NCBI GenBank assembly: GCA_902776565.1
Contig: CACYQN010000007.1
Location: 105-64,104, forward strand
DNA from: an uncultured Bacteroidia bacterium
GTDB lineage: Bacteria > Bacteroidota > Bacteroidia > Bacteroidales > ML635J-15
Length of the DNA: 64,000 nucleotides
Direction of reading: 5' to 3'
Translations under genes and position numbers: made by a program
The notes under the pieces: model-generated
Seen by the model: the letters and a program-made list of their open reading frames with translations, nothing else
Told to the model about the DNA's origin: nothing
Databases searched by the model: none
Shown: in pieces, positions 1-7,165 of the stretch
Position numbering within the stretch: position 1 is the first letter of the stretch
How the letters are laid out: the number at the start of each line of letters is the position of its first letter

Positions 1-3000
1 ATACAGTTACCGTTGCGCTTCCTGTCAAGTCTGATGCGATTGCCGAACAGCCGGTATTATCTGTGAGAGATGTTATAGTATAGGTATTGTCTGCTGTAAT
101 TGATGACAATGTTACCGTTGCAGGATTATCGGTTGTTGTACCGCTTGTACCATCGCTCAGTGCGTAAGTAAATGGTGCAGTTCCTGTGAATATAAGGCTT
201 CCGGTAGTGCTTCCATTGTAGCAGACAGGAGAGGTTCCCGATAGTGCGATAACGCCAGTTGGAGTGTCATTTATCGTTATCTGTTTCCAGATAGGAATTG
301 AAACACCGCAACAATCGCTCTTGACTTCGAGCTTTACATAATAGATGCCAGCAGCAAGATTCAGGGATTCGGTATTGATTATGAACTTTGTACCGCTTTC
401 ATCGCCATCTGAAGCAGCCATTTCTGCGTGTGCATAATATAGGGTATTGCCATCGGATGAAACCAGGCGCCACTGCAGTACATCGCCCTGCGAAATATAA
501 TCGCCATCGTAGGTATATTCGGCTGTTGCCCCGTTGCAGAAAGCATCTTCGCCGGATATTTCGCCGAGGCTACGCGACTGAGTGATGAATATTTGCGGAC
601 CATTGCTTACAGGCCTGTATGTACCCGTAGAGCCATAGCCAGTTATAATGTCAGCTGAACTTGTACTATATGAAGAAGTTGTTTTATTCTTATCATTAAT
701 TAGTGTGCCATACTGACCGCTTGCCCACGAGCCAGATGACTTGCTAAGTGAAATTTGCGAATTTGTACAGCCCTGCTTTGATGATGAACCGTAGTCGATG
801 GATGAGATGTAGTTGGAAGGAGTTGTGGTATAGCCAGAAGCCGAACTGCTTGACAAGGTTGTACCATTTACTACTGCATACTTGTATGCAACGCCCTCTG
901 GACCGGTTCCACCAACGGCGCCATTGCCACCTTTACCACCATTGCCACCTTTGCCACCATCTTGGCATCCACTTCCTGCTCCAGCACCAGTACCACCTGC
1001 ACCGCCAGTCTGACCATTCTGACCAGCACCGCCAGAGCCTTTGTTCCCTATTGTAATTTTAGTATTTTCAATTGTTGGCAAAGCAGTGCCATAGCAGTAT
1101 ATGCCTATGGAAGCTCCACCGCCGCCACCACCAACGCCACCTTGGCCGCCGACGCCGCCGCCGCCACCACCACCACCGACAGCGCCTTCGCCTGTAACCC
1201 AACAGCCACAGCCGCCGCCGCCGCCGCCGCCGCCACTGCCACCAGTACCATCGTTTCCTGTTGTGCCTTTGCCCGGATTGAAATATGCTCCATACGAATT
1301 TGCGACATCAGTACCAGACTTTTGTCCTGAACCTGCTGAGCCTTCTCCTCCATTACCTCCATTGCCTCCAGTATGAGTAACTCCAATACCCGCTCTACCT
1401 GCACTACCACTGGAACCGCCAGACGTACCACTACCAGCAACACCAGCAGAACCACTATTAGAACCTCCTGTGCCTGCTCCTCCGCCATTTCCACCTGCCT
1501 TTCCGCTACGGGAATCGGGACTGGCACTTGTAGCACCTCCGGCAGTTTTCCCTGAACCGTTTTTTCCTGAAGTTGCATTGGCGGAATAATTTGCAGGTTT
1601 GCCCCCGCCGCCACCATTTCCAACTATTATTTGACATCTTTCCAAAACATCACCAGTAGATGTACCCTTAATATATATGCCATATACGGAATTGCCCAAA
1701 TAAGATGTTGTATTGTAACTTCCCGAAGTGTTTGCTGTAGATGTATAGCCAGTAACCTCAATAGTTATATCCTGCAAACGCCAGTTCTCTTTGTTGTCAG
1801 ACATAAAAGCAACTCTATTTGTAGTTCGAGTTGTTCCAGAACCATTAAGAGATTCTCCGAATGTTCCTTTAAGTTTTGTCTCTGATGTTCCTTTCTTCCA
1901 TACTCCCGATGTAGTATTTGCAGTCCATCCACCATCAATAATAAGGTTGCTAATCAGGTTGATAGTTGAACTTTGTGTGTACTCGCCGCTTGCCATACGT
2001 ATTATCACTGGATTATCTGGATCGGAAGAAGCAATACTGTTAGCTAGGTTCAAAGCTCCAGTAAGTGTCTTTACAGGACTTGTAGTGCTACCATCACCGC
2101 TGGCATCATTACCCGATGTGGAACAATATATTATTTTAGTATCGCAAGGCGAATTTACACCACCGGACATATCCTGCAGATCAATTCTGATACGATATTC
2201 GGCAGTTACATCAGCCTCATAATTATCAACAATGACATAATATGTTGTACCCCGAGTAAGTCCCATTTCATATATTACATCATCATCATCCGTTGCACAA
2301 TACAATGTCGCATCCGTATTGCTACACGATGTACTTATGAAAAAATCAGGATCTCCATCGATAGTATTGAATGTAAATATATGAGTTCCTGATTTGTAGG
2401 GAGTGAACGAATAAACTCGTTCTTCACCGAGTTCATCATAACCACAATCATCGTTATATGCATCCCACAATCCCATATAGCCGAGTGCTCCCACGTAATC
2501 TACACCAACTTGAATATCGGTAATGCTGCTGCATGGATTTTGCAAATATATAGCATACAAAGTGATGTTTTGTGTCACATTCACTTGGTCTCCTTCTCGA
2601 TAGGCAGTACCAATTCCATCTCGGTCAGTATTCCAACCTACAAATGTTTTTCCATTGCTACAAGTTATTCCGCCCCAAGGCACAGTAACATTGGTTCCAG
2701 AGGCAACCGTCTGCGGATCTGGTTGTCCAGATGCGGTCCCGTTGCAGTTGCTAGATATATCGAAATAAATAGTAGGATTAACGGTTATGGTATATATAAG
2801 TGTCTTTTGACAAATGCTGGCATCGCTTGGCGTGATAGTAGCCGTCACTGTAGTAGAACCAGGAATGCCTCCTGTAACAGAAACTGTGTTACCACTGCCA
2901 GAAACAGTCACAATTGAAGTATTGCCTGATTCCCACACAATTGTATAATCTGTAGTATTATTAACAATAAGTGTTGTTGTCTGATCTGTGGCAAGCGAAA

Positions 3001-5104
3001 CAGCAGAACTGCCATCGATTGCGTATGTGCCTGCTGGGTCGTAGCAAGAAATGCAAGAAATAGTACAAGAAGTGGCAGTGCCAAGATGTTCAATAGTTGC
3101 CGTGATACGCGCATAGCCGTTGCCTTCGTGACCAGTTTCGGTAGAACCAGAAGTTGATGCAAATGTTACATTTCCATTAGATGTTGTGGCATTCTGGAGA
3201 AAACTGCTGACATAACTTGATCCGCCAGCGCCAGAACCTCCGCCGCCACTGTGATATCCGGTATAAGAACTACTGGAATTTCCTCCATTTCCACCTTTTC
3301 CGAAACTGCCACTTCCACCTGCTGAGCCTCCATAATATGTACCGTTGGCATGGACACTGCCACCAGCGCCTCCACCGCCACCGTAGTAGCCAGCTCCAGC
3401 GCCGCCTCCTCCTCCAGGGTAATAAGTGCGATCAGTACTACCATCCGTAGTAGTACATATACTTCCTCCACTTCCACCAGCAGATGTTGTGCCGGCAGCA
3501 CCTCCGTTTCCATTATAGCCACAAGAATTCTTACCACCCGCAACACCAGCAGCGCCACCAGCATAAGAAGTACTTGTCGCATTAAGAGTACTACTTCCAC
3601 ACATCGAAGGACCACTAGCACCACCTCCGCCACCTGCAACCAGCAATACAGCGGATTGATTTGAAGACAACGTGCTTAATAGGCCATTGGCTGTAGCGAT
3701 ATGAGTGGCTCCGCCACCACCAGAACCTGCAATACCAAGCGTTGTACTTGAGCCATTACCTCCCTTTCCTCCTCCATTATAACCACCGGATCCACCAGTA
3801 GTTGAAGAAGAAACAGAAGTACCTTCTCCACCGACAGCAACATACAAAGTACCGCTTGGATTGTTCAATGTTCCCACGGCATAGCCACCCTTACCTCCAG
3901 TATATGTTGAATTATATGAACCACCTTGCGCGCCCCACACTTCCAATTTTAGAGAGGATGCACCAGAAGGAACAGAATATGTTTTCTCTTCACCTGTATA
4001 ACTGAAGTTTGTTATTTGTTCTTCCGAAGGTTTCTCCAGCCTGCACCATACCGTACCATTTGCGGAAGCGATTGTGAGTTGACAGTTGTTTGGTCCGCTC
4101 ACTCCGTCTGTGATTTCTGCTGTGCATGTAGAATTTGAGTACCAGTGGTATGAATATCCCGAGGGAACCGATTCTCCATTGGGAAGACTTGCAGTAAGTA
4201 CAGCATCCTCTATGCCGCACTGAGGAAGAGGAGTCGTTTGTGTGACGTTGATTGCTGGCTCAACGACATTTATGTTGTGCGTTGCGGAAGCACTACAATA
4301 TGTTCCATCACCGTCAACGGTGGCTGTAATAGTTGCAGTGCCCATTGATACACCAGTAACCCTGCCACTGCTGTTCACAGTTGCCACCAAGGTGTTTGAA
4401 GATGTGTAGGTGACATTTCCGCCACCTGCCGACGGTGTTGCTGCACAAGTGATTGTAGAACCAATGGCTACCGAAGATGGGCTGCTGCCAAAGGAGATGG
4501 TACGAGGTGTACAGCCACCAGTATAGGTGAAAGTGGTCTTAGGAAGGAAGTTTTGCTGAGTGGCAGGTGCATCAGCTACGCTAGTGGCGTTTGATCCAGA
4601 AACAGAGGTTCCGTCAACCTGCTGTCCGTAGAAATACATATTTTTCCATCCCGCATCGGTTGTGTTTTCACATCCCAAAAGGAGGTTGCCACCATGATAG
4701 GAGAACGGTGTGGAGAAGGTAATGGTACATGAGCCACCATCTCCTTCTGCAACGAAGTTAATCTTTCCGTGGTACACCACTTGGCAGTTACTTTTTGCTT
4801 CGTATGAAGAGATTGTATTATAATTGACCTCTTTTAGGTAAATGTCAACCTCGGAAACGGTTTCGTATGGAATGTTGCTACTAGTAGTGTAGAATTTGAC
4901 GCTGTTTATAGTGCCTCCTCTCATTTGAGATAAAACACCCTCAGGATAGACACACTGGCTTCGAGAGAAATCGTCGAAATAATAGACATACGCTGGCACA
5001 TAGTTATTTGTCGTTGTGCCATCGTACACCGTCAAATCAGCTGCCCACGCCTTACCTCCAAATAATAAGCAGCAAAGAATTAACAATGCTGTTACAATGG
5101 ACAA
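1..5104 (-). CDS. Giant secreted glycine-rich surface/adhesin-like protein. The 3' end lies outside the window (about 1700 codons are inside). The start codon is unresolved.
   Basis: The gene is missing from the ORF track only because its stop is off-window. The minus frame (codon low coordinate = 2 mod 3) is open from 5431 down to 1. Hand translations at 4861-5100, 4262-4380, 3902-4020, 3302-3360, 2570-2680, 1862-1920 and 2-58 all fall in this frame. The N-terminus reads IVTALLILCCLLFGGKAWA/ADLTVYDGTTTNNYVPAYVYYFDDF, a signal peptide. A Big_2-like Ig segment follows (VNSSGRVTGVSMGTATITATVDGDGTY, about 4290-4480). A glycine-rich domain lies at about 3190-4010 (QITNFSYTGEEKTYSVPSGASSLKLEVWGAQGG...SVHANGTYYGGSAGGSGSF). 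A Flg_new (Listeria-Bacteroides) repeat lies at about 2570-2680 (KTFVGWNTDRDGIGTAYREGDQVNVTQNI). A second poly-Gly block lies at about 960-1620. Position 5104 is a TTG. The nearest in-frame ATG is at 5419. Confidence 0.8.
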   Translation of the reverse strand, partial: MSIVTALLILCCLLFGGKAWAADLTVYDGTTTNNYVPAYVYYFDDFSRSQCVYPEGVLSQMRGGTINSVKFYTTSSNIPYETVSEVDIYLKEVNYNTISSYEAKSNCQVVYHGKINFVAEGDGGSCTITFSTPFSYHGGNLLLGCENTTDAGWKNMYFYGQQVDGTSVSGSNATSVADAPATQQNFLPKTTFTYTGGCTPRTISFGSSPSSVAIGSTITCAATPSAGGGNVTYTSSNTLVATVNSSGRVTGVSMGTATITATVDGDGTYCSASATHNINVVEPAINVTQTTPLPQCGIEDAVLTASLPNGESVPSGYSYHWYSNSTCTAEITDGVSGPNNCQLTIASANGTVWCRLEKPSEEQITNFSYTGEEKTYSVPSGASSLKLEVWGAQGGSYNSTYTGGKGGYAVGTLNNPSGTLYVAVGGEGTSVSSSTTGGSGGYNGGGKGGNGSSTTLGIAGSGGGGATHIATANGLLSTLSSNQSAVLLVAGGGGGASGPSMCGSSTLNATSTSYAGGAAGVAGGKNSCGYNGNGGAAGTTSAGGSGGSICTTTDGSTDRTYYPGGGGGAGAGYYGGGGGAGGSVHANGTYYGGSAGGSGSFGKGGNGGNSSSSYTGYHSGGGGSGAGGSSYVSSFLQNATTSNGNVTFASTSGSTETGHEGNGYARITATIEHLGTATSCTISCISCYDPAGTYAIDGSSAVSLATDQTTTLIVNNTTDYTIVWESGNTSIVTVSGSGNTVSVTGGIPGSTTVTATITPSDASICQKTLIYTITVNPTIYFDISSNCNGTASGQPDPQTVASGTNVTVPWGGITCSNGKTFVGWNTDRDGIGTAYREGDQVNVTQNITLYAIYLQNPCSSITDIQVGVDYVGALGYMGLWDAYNDDCGYDELGEERVYSFTPYKSGTHIFTFNTIDGDPDFFISTSCSNTDATLYCATDDDDVIYEMGLTRGTTYYVIVDNYEADVTAEYRIRIDLQDMSGGVNSPCDTKIIYCSTSGNDASGDGSTTSPVKTLTGALNLANSIASSDPDNPVIIRMASGEYTQSSTINLISNLIIDGGWTANTTSGVWKKGTSETKLKGTFGESLNGSGTTRTTNRVAFMSDNKENWRLQDITIEVTGYTSTANTSGSYNTTSYLGNSVYGIYIKGTSTGDVLERCQIIVGNGGGGGKPANYSANATSGKNGSGKTAGGATSASPDSRSGKAGGNGGGAGTGGSNSGSAGVAGSGTSGGSSGSAGRAGIGVTHTGGNGGNGGEGSAGSGQKSGTDVANSYGAYFNPGKGTTGNDGTGGSGGGGGGGGCGCWVTGEGAVGGGGGGGGVGGQGGVGGGGGGASIGIYCYGTALPTIENTKITIGNKGSGGAGQNGQTGGAGGTGAGAGSGCQDGGKGGNGGKGGNGAVGGTGPEGVAYKYAVVNGTTLSSSSASGYTTTPSNYISSIDYGSSSKQGCTNSQISLSKSSGSWASGQYGTLINDKNKTTSSYSTSSADIITGYGSTGTYRPVSNGPQIFITQSRSLGEISGEDAFCNGATAEYTYDGDYISQGDVLQWRLVSSDGNTLYYAHAEMAASDGDESGTKFIINTESLNLAAGIYYVKLEVKSDCCGVSIPIWKQITINDTPTGVIALSGTSPVCYNGSTTGSLIFTGTAPFTYALSDGTSGTTTDNPATVTLSSITADNTYTITSLTDNTGCSAIASDLTGSATVTV

Positions 5105-5141
5105 TGGATAATTGACAATTGATAATGGACAATTGACAATT
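5093..5141. repeat. Tandem heptanucleotide array of the GAYAATK family, 7 units
   Basis: Read directly: TACAATG GACAATG GATAATT GACAATT GATAATG GACAATT GACAATT. It overlaps the 5' end of the giant minus-strand ORF. Confidence 0.9.
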
Positions 5142-5160
5142 GGCTTCGCCGAGCTAAAGG
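5142..5160. repeat. 19-nt motif GGCTTCGCCGAGCTAAAGG, left arm of an inverted pair whose partner is 5671-5689
   Basis: The reverse complement, CCTTTAGCTCGGCGAAGCC, matches 5671-5689 (CCTTTAGCTCGGCGTAGCC) at 18 of 19 positions. Related direct copies lie at 5161-5181, about 5563-5583 and about 5608-5632. Another copy sits inside element E2 at about 31603-31625. Confidence 0.8.
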
Positions 5161-5192
5161 TTAGCTTCGCTGAGCTGAAGGTTGGCAATGTT

Positions 5193-5221
5193 GTGGTGGT
5201 CGTGGCGCGCCGCGACACCAC
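5193..5221. repeat. 29-nt GC-rich near-palindrome (hairpin), copy 1
   Basis: The sequence is GTGGTGGTCGTGGCGCGCCGCGACACCAC. A second copy in the same orientation at 5762-5790 differs by one base (GCGCGC to GCACGC). Confidence 0.85.
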
Positions 5222-5347
5222 TGGTGCCACAGCACCACTAGTGCCATTGCATTGTGAGGAGTATTGCTCCGAGTACGGATTTTTATTTTTGAAAGATTTT
5301 GCAAGCGGGGATGCTTGTTTTGTAACTATTTGATTATTAGATAGTTG

Positions 5348-5357
5348 CCCCCCCCCC
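5348..5357. repeat. C10 homopolymer tract
   Basis: Ten consecutive C residues are read directly (gttg cccccccccc gtag). The tract lies in frame between ATG 5419 and the signal peptide of the giant ORF. Confidence 0.95.
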
Positions 5358-5509
5358 GTAGTATTTGAGAGGGTTGCATATTGGCTATGCGAGCCTAAAA
5401 TTGTAGCTAATGATGCCATATAACTATAGTTTTACTCCTATAATAAAAATTTGGGGGATAAAAATACAATAAATATTATAAGGAGAGGATAGGAGAATGG
5501 GGATATTAT

Positions 5510-5558
5510 ACGAAAGACAAAAGACTAAAGACGAGAGATGAGAGACGAAAGACGAGAG
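5510..5558. repeat. Tandem heptanucleotide array (A-Y-N-A-R-A-G), 7 units
   Basis: Read directly: ACGAAAG ACAAAAG ACTAAAG ACGAGAG ATGAGAG ACGAAAG ACGAGAG. Confidence 0.9.
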
Positions 5559-5670
5559 TTGTGCTTCGACAAGCTCAGCAACCGGAAAGTGGAGGGATGA
5601 GATGCAAAGGTTCTTCGCTAGGCTCAGAAGGGAGAATAAAGGGAACCACGAATAACACGAATAGCACGAA

Positions 5671-5689
5671 CCTTTAGCTCGGCGTAGCC
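5671..5689. repeat. Right arm of the 19-nt inverted pair (partner 5142-5160)
   Basis: The sequence is CCTTTAGCTCGGCGTAGCC. It is flanked by CACGAAT-containing 9-nt stutter repeats at about 5647-5705. Confidence 0.8.
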
Positions 5690-5761
5690 AATAGCACGAA
5701 TAAGGCTCACGGGGTTCGCGGGGTGGTCGGGGTGGTCAGGGTGATGATTGTGGTGGTGATT

Positions 5762-5790
5762 GTGGTGGTCGTGGCACGCCGCGACACCAC
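5762..5790. repeat. 29-nt GC-rich near-palindrome (hairpin), copy 2
   Basis: The sequence is GTGGTGGTCGTGGCACGCCGCGACACCAC. G-rich 9-nt stutter repeats lie upstream (GGGGTGGTC GGGGTGGTC ...). Their complement-flavoured 9-mers lie downstream, which extends the hairpin imperfectly. Confidence 0.85.
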
Positions 5791-5827
5791 AGACACCACA
5801 GACACCACAGATGCCAGAGATACCACA
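5783..5827. repeat. Tandem nonanucleotide array, 5 units
   Basis: Read directly: GACACCACA GACACCACA GACACCACA GATGCCAGA GATACCACA. Confidence 0.9.
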
Positions 5828-5928
5828 AAAGATTAAGGCATCACAGAAGATAGATTTTGAGAATGGGAGATATATTTTAATAAGGTGTAGTACTCGTCCA
5901 TAAGATATGATACGCCGGTTGTCATACC

Positions 5929-6975
5929 TTACTTTCTTGTTACTTTAAGAACATCATCCAATGGAATATTGAGAAGCGTAGCAATCTCTTCCGCTGATTT
6001 GCCAGATGCTACAAATGCAGAAACGGCAGAGGAAATTACGGAGTTCAATGCTGCCAACTGAGTTTCCTGCTGAGCCAACTGAGTTTCCTGCTGAGCTAAC
6101 TGAGTTTCCTGCTGAGCTAACTGAGTTTCCTGCTGAGCTAACTGGTTGTCCTTTGCTGCCAACTGTTCCATCTGTTCCTTTATCTTGTTCTGCTGGTCGG
6201 TGCGCTCCTTCACATAGTTGTCGTAGAGGGTCTGGTACTCGTCCATAATTTCCATCTCCTTGCGGACATCCTCGTCGGAAGCAGCCCTCTGCAGACGGCG
6301 GACTATGCGGTCGATGTCGGCATCGTCAGTATAGGTGCTGTCGTCAACTGTAAGTTCGCGCTGGCAACTCGGAACAATGTTGCGCTGGTCGAAAACACTC
6401 AGTATGCGGTCGAGATGTGAAACAACCTTCGCGCTTGTTATCTTGGGGATTTGCACCACTATCATATCGTGTACCAAGCCGTCAACAAACTCAACCTCAT
6501 TGACTTTCTTGTCGATTTCGTTCATATTCTGGTCGTACATGCGCGGATAGACGTATGTGACGGCATTGTCAAGTTCCTCGACCTCGTGTCCGAGAAGATA
6601 AATTGTAATGATATGCAATGCCCGCTTGCGATTTGGTCTGTCGCTGAGGACTATGGCGTTGGTTTCGTCGGAATAGTGCGCTGCCAAATAACGGCGGAAA
6701 CGCATTATCTCGGTCGAAAGGTAAGTTTTCTGTATTTCAATCGTAACAAGTTCACGAGAACCGTCATCGTTGAAGATTTCGGCTGCAAAGTCCACACGAA
6801 GCACGGAAATTTCGTCCTTGGTCTTGGTGCGGGTGTACTCGTTGCGCTTAAGTTCTATCTCGCCTATCTTGCGTTGTAAGAGTGCAGACAGCAGAACCCT
6901 AGCAGCTGGAATGTCTTCCATCAGGTACTTGAATACCGAGTCGTAAATCGGGTTTGCTATGACTGTTCGTGACAT
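5929..6975 (-). CDS. PD-(D/E)XK nuclease family transposase-like / Rpn-type recombination-promoting nuclease homolog with a C-terminal heptad-repeat tail
   Basis: A 348-aa ORF with an ATG start. The N-terminus IANPIYDSVFKYLMED... and the overall layout match, from memory, the Bacteroidota PDDEXK_2 family. The C-terminus carries (QLAQQET) x4-5. Confidence 0.7.
   Translation of the reverse strand: MSRTVIANPIYDSVFKYLMEDIPAARVLLSALLQRKIGEIELKRNEYTRTKTKDEISVLRVDFAAEIFNDDGSRELVTIEIQKTYLSTEIMRFRRYLAAHYSDETNAIVLSDRPNRKRALHIITIYLLGHEVEELDNAVTYVYPRMYDQNMNEIDKKVNEVEFVDGLVHDMIVVQIPKITSAKVVSHLDRILSVFDQRNIVPSCQRELTVDDSTYTDDADIDRIVRRLQRAASDEDVRKEMEIMDEYQTLYDNYVKERTDQQNKIKEQMEQLAAKDNQLAQQETQLAQQETQLAQQETQLAQQETQLAALNSVISSAVSAFVASGKSAEEIATLLNIPLDDVLKVTRK
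6056..6160. repeat. In-frame 21-bp tandem repeat inside the CDS (4 near-perfect units plus 1 diverged unit)
   Basis: AACTGAGTTTCCTGCTGAGCY occurs at 6056, 6077, 6098 and 6119. A diverged unit lies at 6140-6160. The repeat encodes the QLAQQET heptads on the minus strand. Confidence 0.9.
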
Positions 6976-7001
6976 AAAACTATAAGGTTAAATTTCGAAT
7001 G

Positions 7002-7009
7002 CAAATATA
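7002..7009 (-). promoter_or_regulatory. Candidate Bacteroidota -7 box (TATATTTG on the minus strand) for the Rpn-like gene
   Basis: Plus-strand caaatata is TATATTTG on the minus strand and fits the TAnnTTTG consensus. It lies 27 nt upstream of ATG 6975. The heptamer array begins 11 nt further upstream. Confidence 0.5.
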
Positions 7010-7019
7010 ATGATTAATT

Positions 7020-7138
7020 GACAATTGACAATGGACAATTGATAATTGACAATGGATAATGGACAATTGATAATGGACAATGGATAATGGACAATTGATA
7101 ATGGACAATGGATAATGGACAATGGACAATGGATAATT
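7020..7138. repeat. Tandem heptanucleotide array GAYAATK, 17 units (119 nt)
   Basis: Parsed unit by unit: GACAATT GACAATG GACAATT GATAATT GACAATG GATAATG GACAATT GATAATG GACAATG GATAATG GACAATT GATAATG GACAATG GATAATG GACAATG GACAATG GATAATT. Confidence 0.95.
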
Positions 7139-7165
7139 TGTGACACCTATAATATATAATATATA

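Noticed and set aside
962-1623. Plus-strand poly-Pro/Thr/Ala ORFs and a 172-aa minus-strand off-frame ORF (also those at 3166-3664)
   Set aside because: They are alternative-frame or antisense readings of the Gly-rich GGN codon runs of the giant minus-strand gene. Only the frame with codon low coordinate = 2 mod 3 is open throughout.
5112-5333. A 73-aa plus-strand ORF (…GFAELKVSFAELKVGNVVVVV…)
   Set aside because: It is a translation of the tandem and hairpin repeats, which gives a low-complexity periodic peptide. There is no start context.
5093-5830. A CRISPR array in the repeat-rich spacer
   Set aside because: The repeat periods are 7-9 nt with no unique spacers. The longer motifs (19 and 29 nt) occur only 2-5 times at irregular spacing and in both orientations. 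There are no cas genes in the window.
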